A DNA stretch of 64,000 nucleotides from an uncultured Planctomycetota bacterium (GCA_963719315.1 CAVRBU010000005.1:32001-96000); one strand, 5' to 3'. Counted from the stretch's first letter, positions 40,701 to 50,907 are shown. Notes: a model not told the origin generated them from the sequence alone. Numbers and translations are program-made.

Positions 40701-42200
40701 ATGAGAGCAATTTGGAAACAAGCGGTTTTCTTGGCGGCCTTGACACTCGTGGCTTTCGGGATCGTCTATTCCTCTGCGCTGGCGGCGGATGTTTTGCTCG
40801 ATGGCGGCTTGGAATTGTCCGCTGGGCCGGCGAGCTGGACGCTCACGCAGTCGATCACGGGCGAGCCCGGACTGCCTGTGAGTGCGGTCGAACAGCTTGA
40901 CGCGGGCAATGAACCCATGCCCGTCGAGGGTGAACTCGGCATGCTGTTTAAGTCGACGACGGGAAACAACGGTGTCTATGCAGGAGAGAATAAGGCGGTC
41001 AACGCGAGCATGTCGCAAACCGTCGCTGTCGGCGCCAACCGGACCTTCACGTTTACAGGGCATTCGTTCTTCCAGGCGGACTCTTCCGCCATCGTCGACA
41101 CGCTGGGCGAATTAACGCCTTTGGGCGACTACAACCTGAACACGGTCGTAGATGCCGCGGATTACATCATTTGGCGCGATACGCTCGGCTCGACAACCGA
41201 TTTCCGCGCCAACGGCACCAACGAAGGCGCAAGCTTGGACGTCATTGATCAGGCCGACTACGATTATTGGAGGTCCCGGTTCGGCAACGCTGGGCACGTG
41301 GCCGGCGTCCCCTCGCCCACGCAATCCTTCTTTAAGGTCGAGTTCCTCAACGCGAGCAACGTAGTCCTGAGCACTCCGGTCAACATCGACCTCCGCAGTG
41401 ATCCAACGACCGAAGCCTGGCGAACGGAGACGCAGGCGGGCATCGTCTCTCCGGCCGGCACCACGCAGGCGCGGGTCACGGCCGGCGCGACCAACATGGT
41501 GGCCAATTGTTCGGTTTGCACGGCGGGCCAGGACTTCTTTTTCGACAATTTCTCGCTACAGCAAACGTCCGTTCCATTCGCTGGTGAAAAGCTGGTCAAC
41601 GGCAACCTGAACACGCTCGGCGCACCGGCGGATTGGGTCATCGAAAAAACTGCTCAAGACAACCTTTCGTTTGCTGGTGCGGCGAGCTTTGCCGCTCACA
41701 CTGGCAGCGTGGGTATGTGGCTGCGTTCGTTCAATGCCGGCGATGCCGAAATATTGCAGACCGTCGCTGCCACAGCGGGCGCTGACTACGACTTTTCCGC
41801 CTGGGTCAAATTGCAGGGTGGATACTCTGGATTCGATCCGCTGTCGTCCACGATGACATTTATGACGATGGAGTTTCTCGACGCCGCGAGCACCGTGATT
41901 GGAACAGAGACACTGGACCTCGACGCCGTGGTGCCATATCCCACCGATCCGCAAGGGGAATGGAATCAATTCTTCCTCAATAGTACCGCGCCGGCTAACA
42001 CGGTTAGCGTACGCGTCTCCGTGGGGGCGACCGGCATGGCTGATACCACCATCAATCCGCAGTCGGCGTTTTTCGACGATATGGCGCTGCTCGAAACGCT
42101 GCCGGGCGCGGCGAGTCTCGCGGCCGTGCCCGAGCCGAGTTCCGTCCTGCTGCTGGGAATCGCGCTGGGGATGATCGGCGTTGGGCGACGCAGAAGCTAA
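40701..42200 (+). CDS. PEP-CTERM protein with two CBM-like domains and a dockerin-like insert
   Basis: Signal peptide; GDYNLNTVVDAADY...IDQADYDYW; AVPEPSS-TM-RRRS. Start 40677 or 40701. Confidence 0.85.
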   Translation: MRAIWKQAVFLAALTLVAFGIVYSSALAADVLLDGGLELSAGPASWTLTQSITGEPGLPVSAVEQLDAGNEPMPVEGELGMLFKSTTGNNGVYAGENKAVNASMSQTVAVGANRTFTFTGHSFFQADSSAIVDTLGELTPLGDYNLNTVVDAADYIIWRDTLGSTTDFRANGTNEGASLDVIDQADYDYWRSRFGNAGHVAGVPSPTQSFFKVEFLNASNVVLSTPVNIDLRSDPTTEAWRTETQAGIVSPAGTTQARVTAGATNMVANCSVCTAGQDFFFDNFSLQQTSVPFAGEKLVNGNLNTLGAPADWVIEKTAQDNLSFAGAASFAAHTGSVGMWLRSFNAGDAEILQTVAATAGADYDFSAWVKLQGGYSGFDPLSSTMTFMTMEFLDAASTVIGTETLDLDAVVPYPTDPQGEWNQFFLNSTAPANTVSVRVSVGATGMADTTINPQSAFFDDMALLETLPGAASLAAVPEPSSVLLLGIALGMIGVGRRRS

Positions 42201-42444
42201 GGACGAGTTGGGAGAGGTGGATGCAGACCGAGTCGCACGGGAAATCGACAATGTGGAGCGTCTTTTATTGTGGGGGAAACTTTACTTGGGAGGGTCAACG
42301 AGTGAACTGATGTTTGTGAGCCATCAAGTTCCATAATCTTCTTGACTTGATCGAGAAGGTGACAGAGACTAGGTAAGCGCGGGGACTCACGATTGTTTCG
42401 TGAGTGATGAATTGTTACTCTGAGGCACAATGGGAGAAGTTCTA

Positions 42445-43200
42445 ATGAAACGAATGCTTGTTCTGATTACCGTTCTGGGCCTCGTGGCCTATGGAACGAG
42501 CGTGGCGAATGCCGTCGTCGTAATTGGCGGCGCCACGAACAATGGCAACATGGATAAAATTTCGGTTTCTAGCCAGGTTTTGGCGACGCCGACCGGCTGG
42601 ATCGCGACTTCCGATCCTGTTGGTTCTCCTCCTGTTTTCGACGGTCTCTCGTCCGAGCCGTGGAACAACATTGGTGATGCAACGGGCGATTGCAACGGCG
42701 GTACGGTCGGATGTGGCGTGTTCATTAAGTCGTTCCAAGGAACTGCCGCGACCCCGTTTAACGCCAGCCTGCACCAGGATAACCCTGGCACGCCCGGCAT
42801 GGCGTACATGCTCCACGGTTGGGTTGGCGCCGGGCCGGGCTATTCGGGATTATCCGACCCTGCGACCAGAACGGAGCTCGCCCTGGAGTTCCTCGATGTC
42901 GGTGGCGTTGCAATCCCTGCGAGTGGCTCAGTGTCAGATCTGGATGCTGGCCTGCTGGCTGCCCAGGGCAACGGCAATCCCTTCAGCTATGACGAATACT
43001 GGGTGATGGCGACCGCGCCTGTCGGCACGGCCACCGTCCGGGCTCGCTTCTCAATGGTCAACGGCTATCCAGTACCCAATGCCGGCGATGCGGCATTAGT
43101 CACGGACTATTACACGCTGACCTGCGTCCCCGAGCCGGCAAGCCTCGCCCTTGGCCTGATCGGCGTACTTGGCTTTTTGGGCATAGGGCGACGCCGCTAA
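42445..43200 (+). CDS. PEP-CTERM protein with one CBM-like domain
   Basis: RBS GGAGA; signal peptide; VPEPAS-TM-RRR. Confidence 0.88.
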   Translation: MKRMLVLITVLGLVAYGTSVANAVVVIGGATNNGNMDKISVSSQVLATPTGWIATSDPVGSPPVFDGLSSEPWNNIGDATGDCNGGTVGCGVFIKSFQGTAATPFNASLHQDNPGTPGMAYMLHGWVGAGPGYSGLSDPATRTELALEFLDVGGVAIPASGSVSDLDAGLLAAQGNGNPFSYDEYWVMATAPVGTATVRARFSMVNGYPVPNAGDAALVTDYYTLTCVPEPASLALGLIGVLGFLGIGRRR

Positions 43201-43245
43201 GCCTTGGTTCCGTGGAGTCGGCGTCTGAAAGCCGAGTCGCTTTCT

Positions 43246-43284
43246 GGGGACGCTCGTTGCGCAACGAGCGTCCCCTTTTTATTT
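43246..43284 (+). terminator. Intrinsic terminator
   Basis: Perfect palindrome GGGGACGCTCGTTGC/GCAACGAGCGTCCCC followed by TTTTTATTT. Confidence 0.85.
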
Positions 43285-43336
43285 GCTTCGGAGGAAAGTA
43301 AATGAGAAATTGTATGGACGTGGAAGGTGTTGCAAA

Positions 43337-44785
43337 ATGAAGTCGGTAATCTTCGCGCAGTGTCCGTGGCTCCTGGTGGCCGCCGGTGCGGTCGCGACGC
43401 TGCTGGCATGGTCTCCTGTGCTTCTGGCCGAGCCGGCCATCGAAGCCTCCAACGAAAGCCGGTCCGCCTGGAAGTACGACCTTTCGGCGGAGGACCAGGC
43501 GCTCCTCGACGAGATTCAAAAAGGCTGCTTCCAGTATTTCTGGAAGGAAGTCGGCAGCCCGGCCAAGCTGGCCAAAGACAAAACCAGCGACACGGTTTGC
43601 AGCATCGCCGCGGTCGGCTTTCAGCTCTCTTCGCTGCCGATCGGCGTCGAGCGGGGCTGGATCACTAAAGCGGTAGGCCAAGAACGGGCGCTAACGGTGC
43701 TCCGGTCGCTCGTCGAACGCCAGGACAACAAGAAATTCGGCATTTATCTGCATTTTCTCGACGAGCGAACTGGCGGGCTGCCCCACTACTCACGCACAAA
43801 ATACCACTACGAGCGAACGGCCAGCACAGTGGACCACGCCCTGCTTCAGGCGGGAGCGATGACGGCCGCCTCCTACTTCGGCGGCGAAGTCGCCAAAGCA
43901 GCGGAACCGATCATCCAGGACGCCGATTGGCGGGCGATGTTCGACGATAAAGCCGGCTACTTGAGCATGGGCTGGCGGGCAACGACCGATCGAGGCGTCG
44001 ATGGGCCGGGTGAATTCGCTAAAAACCATTGGGAATGGTGCAGCGACGAGGAGCGGCTGATCTACTTTCTGGCCGCCGGCTCGCCAAACGAGAACCATGC
44101 GATCGAACCCGCCGCCTATTTCCATCTCAAGCGTATTGTCAAGCGGCATGCCGAGCTGCCGAGCTACGTTGTCTCCTGGAACGGATCGCTATTCACTTAT
44201 TTCTTCGCACATTGCTGGATCGACTACCGCCATTTGTCGGCCGACGACCCGGCTGCCTTTGGCGAAAAAGGTCCGCCGGTCGATTGGTTCGAGAACTCGC
44301 GCCGCGCCGTGCTCACGCAACGAGAGCGGTGCATCGAGGTGAGCCATCAGTTCCCAACGCTCGGCGAAAACCGTTGGGGCCTCGCTCCGTGTGCATTCCG
44401 CGACAAGTACCTGGTCCACGAAGTGCGGCCCAACATTCGCGACCACGACGAGTGGTACGACGGCGTTGTGCCTCCCTACGCTGCCGGCTCGGCCATCATG
44501 TTCACGCCCCGCGAAAGCCTGGCGGCACTCCGCGAATACAAGTCACTAATTGGCCCCGATGGTCAGCCGCTCGCCTGGCGCGATCCCGCACGGGGCGGCT
44601 ACGCCTTTGTCGATTCATTCAGCCTGGCCCCGCCTTATGGCCACGACGAAAACCTTGGCATCGACGCCGGCCCTCTGCTGCTGGCAATCGAAAACGTGCG
44701 GAGCGGACTGATCTGGCGCTTGTTCATGGAACACGATGTCGCCAAGCGCACCGCCCAGCGACTGCACCTGCACCGGCGCGAGTAG
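43337..44785 (+). CDS. GH144 / glucoamylase-family protein (probable endo-beta-1,2-glucanase)
   Basis: Signal peptide; IQKGCFQYFW, SIAAVGFQL, GVERGWIT, STVDHALL, GSLFTYFFAHCWIDYR, DWFENSR, LGIDAGP, IENVRSGLIW. Confidence 0.88.
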   Translation: MKSVIFAQCPWLLVAAGAVATLLAWSPVLLAEPAIEASNESRSAWKYDLSAEDQALLDEIQKGCFQYFWKEVGSPAKLAKDKTSDTVCSIAAVGFQLSSLPIGVERGWITKAVGQERALTVLRSLVERQDNKKFGIYLHFLDERTGGLPHYSRTKYHYERTASTVDHALLQAGAMTAASYFGGEVAKAAEPIIQDADWRAMFDDKAGYLSMGWRATTDRGVDGPGEFAKNHWEWCSDEERLIYFLAAGSPNENHAIEPAAYFHLKRIVKRHAELPSYVVSWNGSLFTYFFAHCWIDYRHLSADDPAAFGEKGPPVDWFENSRRAVLTQRERCIEVSHQFPTLGENRWGLAPCAFRDKYLVHEVRPNIRDHDEWYDGVVPPYAAGSAIMFTPRESLAALREYKSLIGPDGQPLAWRDPARGGYAFVDSFSLAPPYGHDENLGIDAGPLLLAIENVRSGLIWRLFMEHDVAKRTAQRLHLHRRE

Positions 44786-44916
44786 CCACCTGTATAAAAA
44801 CAATGCGAAACGCAATTCGTTGACACGAACGCGCAGCTAAGGCAACCAGTTTGCTGCCTATGTGATGCCAGCCCCGATGGCAGTTTTCTAACTCTGATTC
44901 AGCTAACGATTTACAA

Positions 44917-44938
44917 AGTGGAGGCGGCGGGTATCGAA
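44917..44938 (-). mobile_element. tmRNA 3'-end fragment (att scar) copy 3
   Basis: AGTGGAGGCGGCGGGTATCGAA. Confidence 0.7.
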
Positions 44939-45198
44939 TGCGAATTCAATTCGCGGCAACGACCGCCCAGGCAACTTAGCGAATGCGTCGCGTACGGGCG
45001 GCCTAGATGGGCAACCCCCTATCATTGCCTGACACGATTTTGCTCAGACTCATCAAGGCATAGTGGAGTCTGCCGCCGCACATTGCCACTAATCTTGGAT
45101 TAGCTCTGATTAGCGAAAATTAGCGTTCCTAGCGAAACTTTTTTCAGTTTCTACTGCCGCTTCCTGCGTCCTCGGGCCACTGCGTGAGACAGTGTTGG

Positions 45199-45236
45199 CC
45201 ATTGGCACGAAACGTTCCATTGGCACGTTCCGTTCC
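45199..45236. repeat. 18-bp tandem repeat
   Basis: CCATTGGCACGAAACGTT then CCATTGGCACGTTCCGTT. Confidence 0.75.
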
Positions 45237-45410
45237 TTGCCGCCTCGATGTCGCTGCCCGCATTCAACTTGCGCAACACGCCTTCTGATGTTGGAACATA
45301 ACGCACCAACTCGCGCTCCCTTCCCAAAAAAACGCATCTCTATGCGCACTCAACCGTAAACGTCATTCGCCGTTTGATGTTACGGCGCAATCTACGCGTG
45401 CGCATCGCGT

Positions 45411-45427
45411 TTGGCACTCGGTTCGCT
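45411..45427 (+). promoter_or_regulatory. Sigma-54 -24/-12 promoter
   Basis: TTGGCACTCGGTTCGCT with exact GG-N10-GC spacing, 50 bp before ATG 45477. Confidence 0.6.
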
Positions 45428-45476
45428 TTAGGGCGGCCATCGTATCTCGGTCACGCAACTTGCTTCGAGTCGTCTT

Positions 45477-45965
45477 ATGGTCCACGAAATCACGAACAGT
45501 GGAATCATCGTCACGCTGGCCGCGCCCACAACCGCGCTGGTCGACGAACTGATCGCGCTCTGCGATTGGCCCGTAATCTCGCGGCCGAGCGCCCGCACGT
45601 TGTTCCAACAGATCGAAACGCGTCGCCCGGCGTGCCTGCTGTTCTGGCTCGAGGCCGACAGCACTATCGCATCGGCGGCGCAGCTCGTCACGCTGCTGCG
45701 CGATCGTGGTCCTCGTCCTTACCGCATCGCCGTCGCCCACTGCCTCGACGCGAGCGTCGAACCTACGCTCCGCTCGGCCGGCGTACACAGCTACTTCGCT
45801 GTCACCGGCAATCTCCGTGCATTCATCGACGAAACGCTACTGCCGTTCGTCGATCAACATTGCGTCGCCTCCCGCGCCCGCTCCGCTCGCGCACTCAATG
45901 CGCCCGTCGCCATTCGCGGGCCGACGGAAGCCCGCGCTTCGCCGGCCTCCATGCGGCCGCCGTGA
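45477..45965 (+). CDS. Stand-alone degenerate receiver-like protein
   Basis: RRPACLLFWLE (no phospho-acceptor Asp), IAVA, EPTLRSAGVHSYF. Confidence 0.6.
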   Translation: MVHEITNSGIIVTLAAPTTALVDELIALCDWPVISRPSARTLFQQIETRRPACLLFWLEADSTIASAAQLVTLLRDRGPRPYRIAVAHCLDASVEPTLRSAGVHSYFAVTGNLRAFIDETLLPFVDQHCVASRARSARALNAPVAIRGPTEARASPASMRPP

Positions 45966-46054
45966 CAAACGGGCATTGCCTGCCCATCTTCCCTCAACTC
46001 TCACACTCAACCTTTGACCATTCAATCAACCACACGCAATCAAGGAGCCCGCTC

Positions 46055-46294
46055 ATGATCGCCACCATTAACGATTCCCATCGCTTTGACAGTCAATTCG
46101 ACGAGGCATCCGAAGCCCAGCGTTTCGAACGCTTCACATATCGTCAACGCGGCGAATTCCCCGTGCGTTCGCACGCCGCCCGCACCCGCGCAAAGATGCG
46201 CGGCCGCGGCACCTCCGCTGCTCGAACTAAAGCCCACTCGTTCAACGGCGTCAACCGCCGCGGGCGCGGCAAGCAGTGGGCCACGCTCAGTTAA
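46055..46294 (+). CDS. Small Arg-rich hypothetical protein (79 aa)
   Basis: RBS AAGGAG at 46042; MIATINDSHRF...SFNGVNRRGRGKQWATLS. Confidence 0.6.
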   Translation: MIATINDSHRFDSQFDEASEAQRFERFTYRQRGEFPVRSHAARTRAKMRGRGTSAARTKAHSFNGVNRRGRGKQWATLS

Positions 46295-46352
46295 CCGGCG
46301 CCGGCTCACTCTATTTCATTTGAACACTAACTCGATTAACTGGAGTCCAAAG

Positions 46353-47171
46353 ATGCGTACTTCGCGTCAGCTCTACGCGTGGCTAATCCTAGTCGGATTG
46401 TTCACCGCCCAAGGTCAGGCGAATTGGATGCAATTCGCCGGCGGGCCGGTTGTTTCGACCGGCACTTGGCCCGGCGGCTCGGCGCTCACCGGCACCGCGG
46501 CCGTCACCGCCAGCAACTTCATAAACGGCAACAGCTCGACGCCGTTCATCGGTCTTACGCCCGTGACGGTCGGGCCCGCGCTCTCGCCCGATTACGTTGC
46601 CACCACCTTACAGCCCAATCCAGGTAACTTGGTGACGCTCATCGGAACTCCTTACAACGACGCCGGAGATAAGTATCGCGTCGTGGTCGATTTTTCCGGC
46701 ACGAGTAGTAGCTCCAGCTCGGGCGTGCTGCCGGCCGGATCGATCTTCGCGATGATCGACCTCGACATCGTGGAGAACTACCGCAACATCAGGGCCGCGG
46801 ATGCGTCCAATGTTCCGATTACGACACCTTGGATCAACGGTCCCAACGGGTACTTCGATATGAACTCGCCGATGATCCCTCAGGGCTCGTTGATCCCGAA
46901 TCCGACGATTACAGGCCCGGTCGGCGGCGTCTATCAAATGTTCGGCGTGTCCTACAACTTCAACGTCGGCATGTGGTTGTTCAAAACGACGCAAGACGTT
47001 CGGAGGATCGCGTTCGACATGGAACGCGGCACTGGCAACAACGCGATCGGCGGCGGCGGCGCCGGCTGGGCGTTTTATGCGCCGCCGGGCGTTCCGGAGC
47101 CTACGTGCGGGGCTCTTATCGGCTGGTGTTTGTTCGTGGCGATCGGTCTACCAATCCGGAGGCGAAGATAA
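46353..47171 (+). CDS. PEP-CTERM protein
   Basis: RBS GGAG; signal peptide; GVPEPT-TM-RRRR. Confidence 0.85.
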   Translation: MRTSRQLYAWLILVGLFTAQGQANWMQFAGGPVVSTGTWPGGSALTGTAAVTASNFINGNSSTPFIGLTPVTVGPALSPDYVATTLQPNPGNLVTLIGTPYNDAGDKYRVVVDFSGTSSSSSSGVLPAGSIFAMIDLDIVENYRNIRAADASNVPITTPWINGPNGYFDMNSPMIPQGSLIPNPTITGPVGGVYQMFGVSYNFNVGMWLFKTTQDVRRIAFDMERGTGNNAIGGGGAGWAFYAPPGVPEPTCGALIGWCLFVAIGLPIRRRR

Positions 47172-47251
47172 TGTTCCGACCCAGTCGGTGATTCATGTCA
47201 GCACTCAACCCTAATTGTAATTCGAAAACCTTTTTCAACTGGAGAAATCTC

Positions 47252-48325
47252 ATGAACTTTTCGACCACACGAATGACTGTCTGGCTCGCCCTTGTGGCGG
47301 CGAGCACCATCCTCGCGACGCAGTCGCAAGGCGACCCGCTGCCGGGCCGCGATTTGCTGAAGTTCGATCAGCAACCAATGGATAAAACGCCCATTGTCGA
47401 TTCGACGGGCGTGACGATTGGTATCTACGGCGGCCACGACGAACTGAGCACGGCCTACGGTTTTGTAAATCCGAACGGCGTAATCACGGACTACAACGGC
47501 CCCTTCATGGCCGACGACTTCGCCGATAACCTCACCAGTCCCGTCGTTCACGTGAAGTGGTGGGGTTCCTATCTCAATAACAACAACGCCGCGTTCCCGC
47601 CGCAACCGCCTGTGCAGAAGTTTCTGATCGCATTCGAGACGGACGTACCGGCAGGTCCCGCTCCAAGCTTCAGCACGCCAGGCCAAGTGCTGCAGGCCGA
47701 CGTGGTAACCGCTGGACCATTATCTCCCGGCTCCGGCACCTTTACAGAAAAGCTCATCCGCGGCCCAGACCCGATCCTCGGTGAGTCGCTCTACGAGTAC
47801 AACGCCGAGTTGCATCTCGGTCACGAGTTCTTCGAAAAGAAGGACACCGTCTATTGGTTGAAGATTGCCGCGCTGGTTGATGTTCCGGCCGGAATCAACT
47901 TCCCGGTCAACATGCCACCACTAGGCATCACCCAATGGGGCTGGCACAACCGCGACTACACCATTAAGGACACACTTGCTTCGCCGGTCCCAGTGCCTGG
48001 CGAGTACGTTGACGGCGTGGTCGGCGCCAACAACATTTACCACTTCCAGGATGATGCCGTCACCGGCGACTTGCGATACACAACCGTGCCGGGCGCACCG
48101 AACTTCGGCGTCTTTCAACCGCCGCAGAACATGTCGCCGACAAACTATATGGGCTTTACCGACGGTCCCAACACCGGCCAGATTCCCGGTCAGCTTGGCA
48201 TCGACGGTCATTCCAAGGATCTCGCCTTCAGTTTGTACACGGTCGTGCCCGAGCCGGCTACATGCCTGCTACTCGTTTGCGGAACGCTGGGCTTAGGCTT
48301 AGTGCAACGCCGGCGTCGTGGTTGA
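47252..48325 (+). CDS. PEP-CTERM protein
   Basis: RBS GGAGA; signal peptide; MADDFAD, VKWWGSY, YWLKI, DLAFSLYT-VPEPAT-TM-RRRR. Confidence 0.88.
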   Translation: MNFSTTRMTVWLALVAASTILATQSQGDPLPGRDLLKFDQQPMDKTPIVDSTGVTIGIYGGHDELSTAYGFVNPNGVITDYNGPFMADDFADNLTSPVVHVKWWGSYLNNNNAAFPPQPPVQKFLIAFETDVPAGPAPSFSTPGQVLQADVVTAGPLSPGSGTFTEKLIRGPDPILGESLYEYNAELHLGHEFFEKKDTVYWLKIAALVDVPAGINFPVNMPPLGITQWGWHNRDYTIKDTLASPVPVPGEYVDGVVGANNIYHFQDDAVTGDLRYTTVPGAPNFGVFQPPQNMSPTNYMGFTDGPNTGQIPGQLGIDGHSKDLAFSLYTVVPEPATCLLLVCGTLGLGLVQRRRRG

Positions 48326-48355
48326 TCGTCGCTCGAACGTGAACGGCTCCTAAGC

Positions 48356-48396
48356 ACAGGCCCTTCCCGGTCGCCGGGGAGGGTCTGTTGCGTTTG
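48356..48396 (+). terminator. Probable intrinsic terminator followed by a CCCCTCCC/GGGAGGGG REP-like element
   Basis: ACAGGCCCTTCCCGG/CCGGGGAGGGTCTGT hairpin; CCCCTCCC...GGGGAGGGG at about 48403-48436. Confidence 0.5.
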
Positions 48397-48552
48397 CTTA
48401 TTTCCCCTCCCTCGTAGGAAGGGGCCAGGGGAGGGGTCGCGTTCGACGGTCTATGCACTACGCGATATCGCACGATGGGTTTGCTTGGTTTTCTGGATTA
48501 AAGTAGAAGACTCAATATGCGTGGATACGATCAATCGCATAGGGCTTCCACA

Positions 48553-50891
48553 ATGCTACATCGCCTCTTTCTGGCCGCACTACTGATACTGTTTGCAGAA
48601 GCCACCGCCCGAGCTGCCAGCGTTGTCAGTTACGGCGCCAATGGAACCGATACAATTGACGACAAGGCGGCTTTTCAGAATTGCATCAATGCTAACACGC
48701 TGATCGACATTCCGGCTGGAACCTACTACATCTCGAAGAAGCTCAGCTTGCCCGCCAATCGCACGTTGCGCGGCGTCTTGAAGAATCCTGACGCGGTCAT
48801 ACTCAAGCTGGTCGGCGCGATTGATGGGATCGATGTCGGTCCAGCCGCGAACACGACCGTTCAAGATCTATCCCTTGACCGTGTGAGCCCCAATACGGCG
48901 ACTCGCGCGATGGTGTATTCGGGATCAAGCAACTTCACTGTGCGGCGTGTCAATGTGCTCAACCACCGTAGCACCGCACCTGCCATCATCGTCAATCTCG
49001 GAACCAAGGGCTTGATTGAGGATTCCTTGGTTAGCTACTATGGTTGGTTCGATACCGGGTTAAAACAAGTGCGAGGCGTCGGTATTCGACTATCCGATTG
49101 CGTAGACTCCGTCGTCCGAAACAACCGGGTGATTGAGAACCAAAACTTGATCCCAGCTAACCCCGTTTCTAATTTTTACCAGGCGGGAGGCATTGAAATC
49201 AGTGGTAATGCGCGGGCAGTCGTGGAATACAACACGGTCGTCACTGCAGGTAACGGAATCGACGCCGGCCAAGCCAGCGGCAGTGTGCTGCGATTCAACA
49301 CCGTCCGGAACGCGCACGAAGCTGGGATCAAACTAGTCAATGGTGCGCACGATAATACGATTTTCGCCAACGTGGTGGATAAGGTTGGCATTGCCAATAT
49401 TTGGTTGACCCCAGGCAGTTTAGGTCCCGAGCAAGCGCAATTTACAACAACACGATCCGGGGCAATGTCCTGCGTGGCACGGGACTAGGAATCGGTATCG
49501 GCTACTGGTCCGTGCCCAACTATCGGCCCAGTGGCATCGTCCTGGAGGGTTCCAATAATACGGACACCGTTGTGGCCCGAAATAATACGATTGCCAACAA
49601 CTCGATCCAGCCCACACGTAAGCTGGTCAATCCCGTCGAGGTATACAACGGATTCGCGTATGACCCCTATGGCAACGCGATTTCTGGGAACATGTTGCGG
49701 CCGATTGAGCGCGATGATTACTGTTTCTTTCGTCCTGGCAGCGGCGCCGGTTTGTGGCGCGCCGTGCTGAACGCCGGCGGTAGTCCGCCCGATATCGACG
49801 GCATAAGTGGCGACTTTGTGTTGAGCGGCCAGTTCGGCAATGGCTCCTCAAACGACCTTGCGTTGGTGGGCGACATCAATGGCGACGGAGCCGATGACCG
49901 CGTCGTCTACAACACAGCTACCAACGCGTGGATCTGGGACTCCGCGCCGCGGACTGGCTTCGCCGTGCGTGGCGGATTTGGTGATGGTGATGGTTCGGCT
50001 GAGCAAGCCTCGAACGCATTTGGCCAGCCCGGTGATGTGCCCTTGATCGGAGATATCAATGGCGACGGAGCTGCCGATCGCGTTATGTTTCGCCCAAGCG
50101 ATTCATCCTGGCACGTCGATCTGTCGACCATCCCAGTCTGGCCGTACAACCCGGTGACTCAGGGTTTTGGCGATGGAGTCGAAGATGTACTTGGCGGCAA
50201 CGCCATTTACAACGCCGGGGGAGTGGTGATCGGCCAGGTCGCACTGTCCGATTATGACGGCAACGGAATTGCCGATCGAACCCTATTCAGCGCCGGCGGA
50301 TTTTACCGGTCACTTAATCCGGGCGGCGGCGCGTGGAGCACAGGCGGCGATAACGCAAGCGTGGGAGTCGGGCTAGGCGATGCCGACTTTATTCCGCCTG
50401 CAGAACTCGGAGATTTCGATGGCGACGGCCTCAGCGACAACATCGCTTGGAACGGCATCGGCAATTCTACGGTTTTCGCACGCCTCTCTACGACCTTGCC
50501 CCCCTGGAGTGAGACGCCGACCGTCAGTGGCAACCACTACGGTGACCCCAATCAAGACACCTCCTTCTTCGTAGGCGACTTCGATCTGAGCGAGTTCCTG
50601 CTTGCGCCCTTGCCACCCGGAGATTACAACGCAGATGGCAGCGTCGATGCGGCCGATTATGTGATTTGGCGGGAGACAATGGGCCGGAACGGGACGGGTC
50701 TAGCTGCCGACGGTAACGGCGACGGCTCGGTAGATGACGCCGACTATGATTTGTGGAGGACGCACTTCGGTGAAACGATGGCATCGGCCTTCAGTTCTAC
50801 GGCGGGAAATAACGTGCCTGAACCATGTAGCCCTGTTTTCCTACTCCTCACCTTGGTTTCATCCAAGCTGCGGCGCCGCTCAGAATGCTGA
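48553..50891 (+). CDS. Secreted right-handed beta-helix + FG-GAP-like repeats + dockerin-like + PEP-CTERM protein (frameshift near 49430)
   Basis: YGANGTDTIDDKAAFQ and IPAGTYYI (pectin-lyase-fold start); Asn-rich coils; GDINGDGADDR repeats; GDYNADGSVDAADY; VPEP. Split across ORFs 48517..49488 and 49401..50891. Confidence 0.8.
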
Positions 50892-50907
50892 GTTGAATTG
50901 ATTATCT

